A DNA stretch of 64,000 nt from Balanoglossus misakiensis. Its lineage: Eukaryota > Animalia > Hemichordata. The DNA is taken from positions 8,480,254-8,544,253 of the forward strand of contig CM082583.2 in NCBI GenBank assembly GCA_040954595.2. Direction: 5' to 3'. A program made the translations under genes and the position numbers. This document shows positions 63,524-64,000 of this stretch, one piece after another (position 1 is the stretch's first letter; each line of letters opens with the position of its first letter). The notes below the pieces were generated by a model. The model made no database searches and was not told the origin of the DNA. It saw only the letters and a program-made list of their open reading frames with translations.

Positions 63524-64000
63524 GATGGGTCATTGGAATAATCTTCCACTCAAAAACTGTTTACCTGTACAACACAAACAAGGCTAGTACAGTGAAACCT
63601 AGGTACAAATGAACGATTGGATGTTGGCTGCTCTATAATTGTCTAGAGTGAAAAAAACAATATAATTTGTATAATTTAGTACAAAAACAATAGATCATAC
63701 TCAAACCTCTTTTAAACGGTTTTAGGGGGATATCTATTTACAAGGCCTGCTACAAGAGTTTACCGATCTTTGGTTGAGTGGGATATAAAGGAAATGTTTT
63801 CTGTTGTTATCTCACTGTGTTCGGATTAAAATTGAGGTCATAGGTTGACTGTTCTCCTTTTTGGATTAAAGTGAGGTCAAGGGTTGACCATTCTGTTAAT
63901 TTGGTCAACCGATACTGGGCAGAAAATAACTGAACTGAAATATGCCCCTGAAAAGATCAATGCCATTGTTTACCTCATAAAATTCTTTCTGTTGTCACCA

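Noticed and set aside
1-64000. tRNA, rRNA, snRNA genes, CRISPR arrays, intact transposase or reverse transcriptase ORFs
   Set aside because: None recognised by eye. The DNA is eukaryotic and shows no repeat-spacer array. Small ncRNAs cannot be excluded without an Infernal/tRNAscan run.

Overview
Eukaryotic genomic DNA: AT-rich, spliceosomal introns, no bacterial features. Gene content suggests a marine invertebrate deuterostome (hemichordate-like); the taxon is inference. Ten protein-coding genes were reconstructed by hand from splice signals and reading frame: EDC3 (-); a solitary intronless stem-loop histone H1 with an H1.8/B4-like globular domain (-); an SLC10 Na+/bile-acid-type symporter (+); a 13-exon cytosolic ALDH1A-like aldehyde dehydrogenase (-); an ankyrin-repeat/death-domain ANKDD1-like gene ending in a CaaX box (+); a predicted GPI-anchored pentraxin-sushi-3xEGF protein (+); UQCR11 (+); the microprotein PIGBOS1 (-); PIGB with two U12-type introns (+); and a ~1350-aa CCPG1 orthologue (-). 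The main result is an intact PIGBOS1-PIGB-CCPG1 block in the human orientation, whose CCPG1 keeps the N-terminal LIR and FIR-like motifs although CCPG1 has been described as vertebrate-specific. Other findings are candidate microexons, a possible distal ANKDD1 first exon that would nest the ALDH gene in an intron, and several small inverted-repeat elements. Gene names and comparisons to human proteins come from recalled sequence motifs, not database searches.
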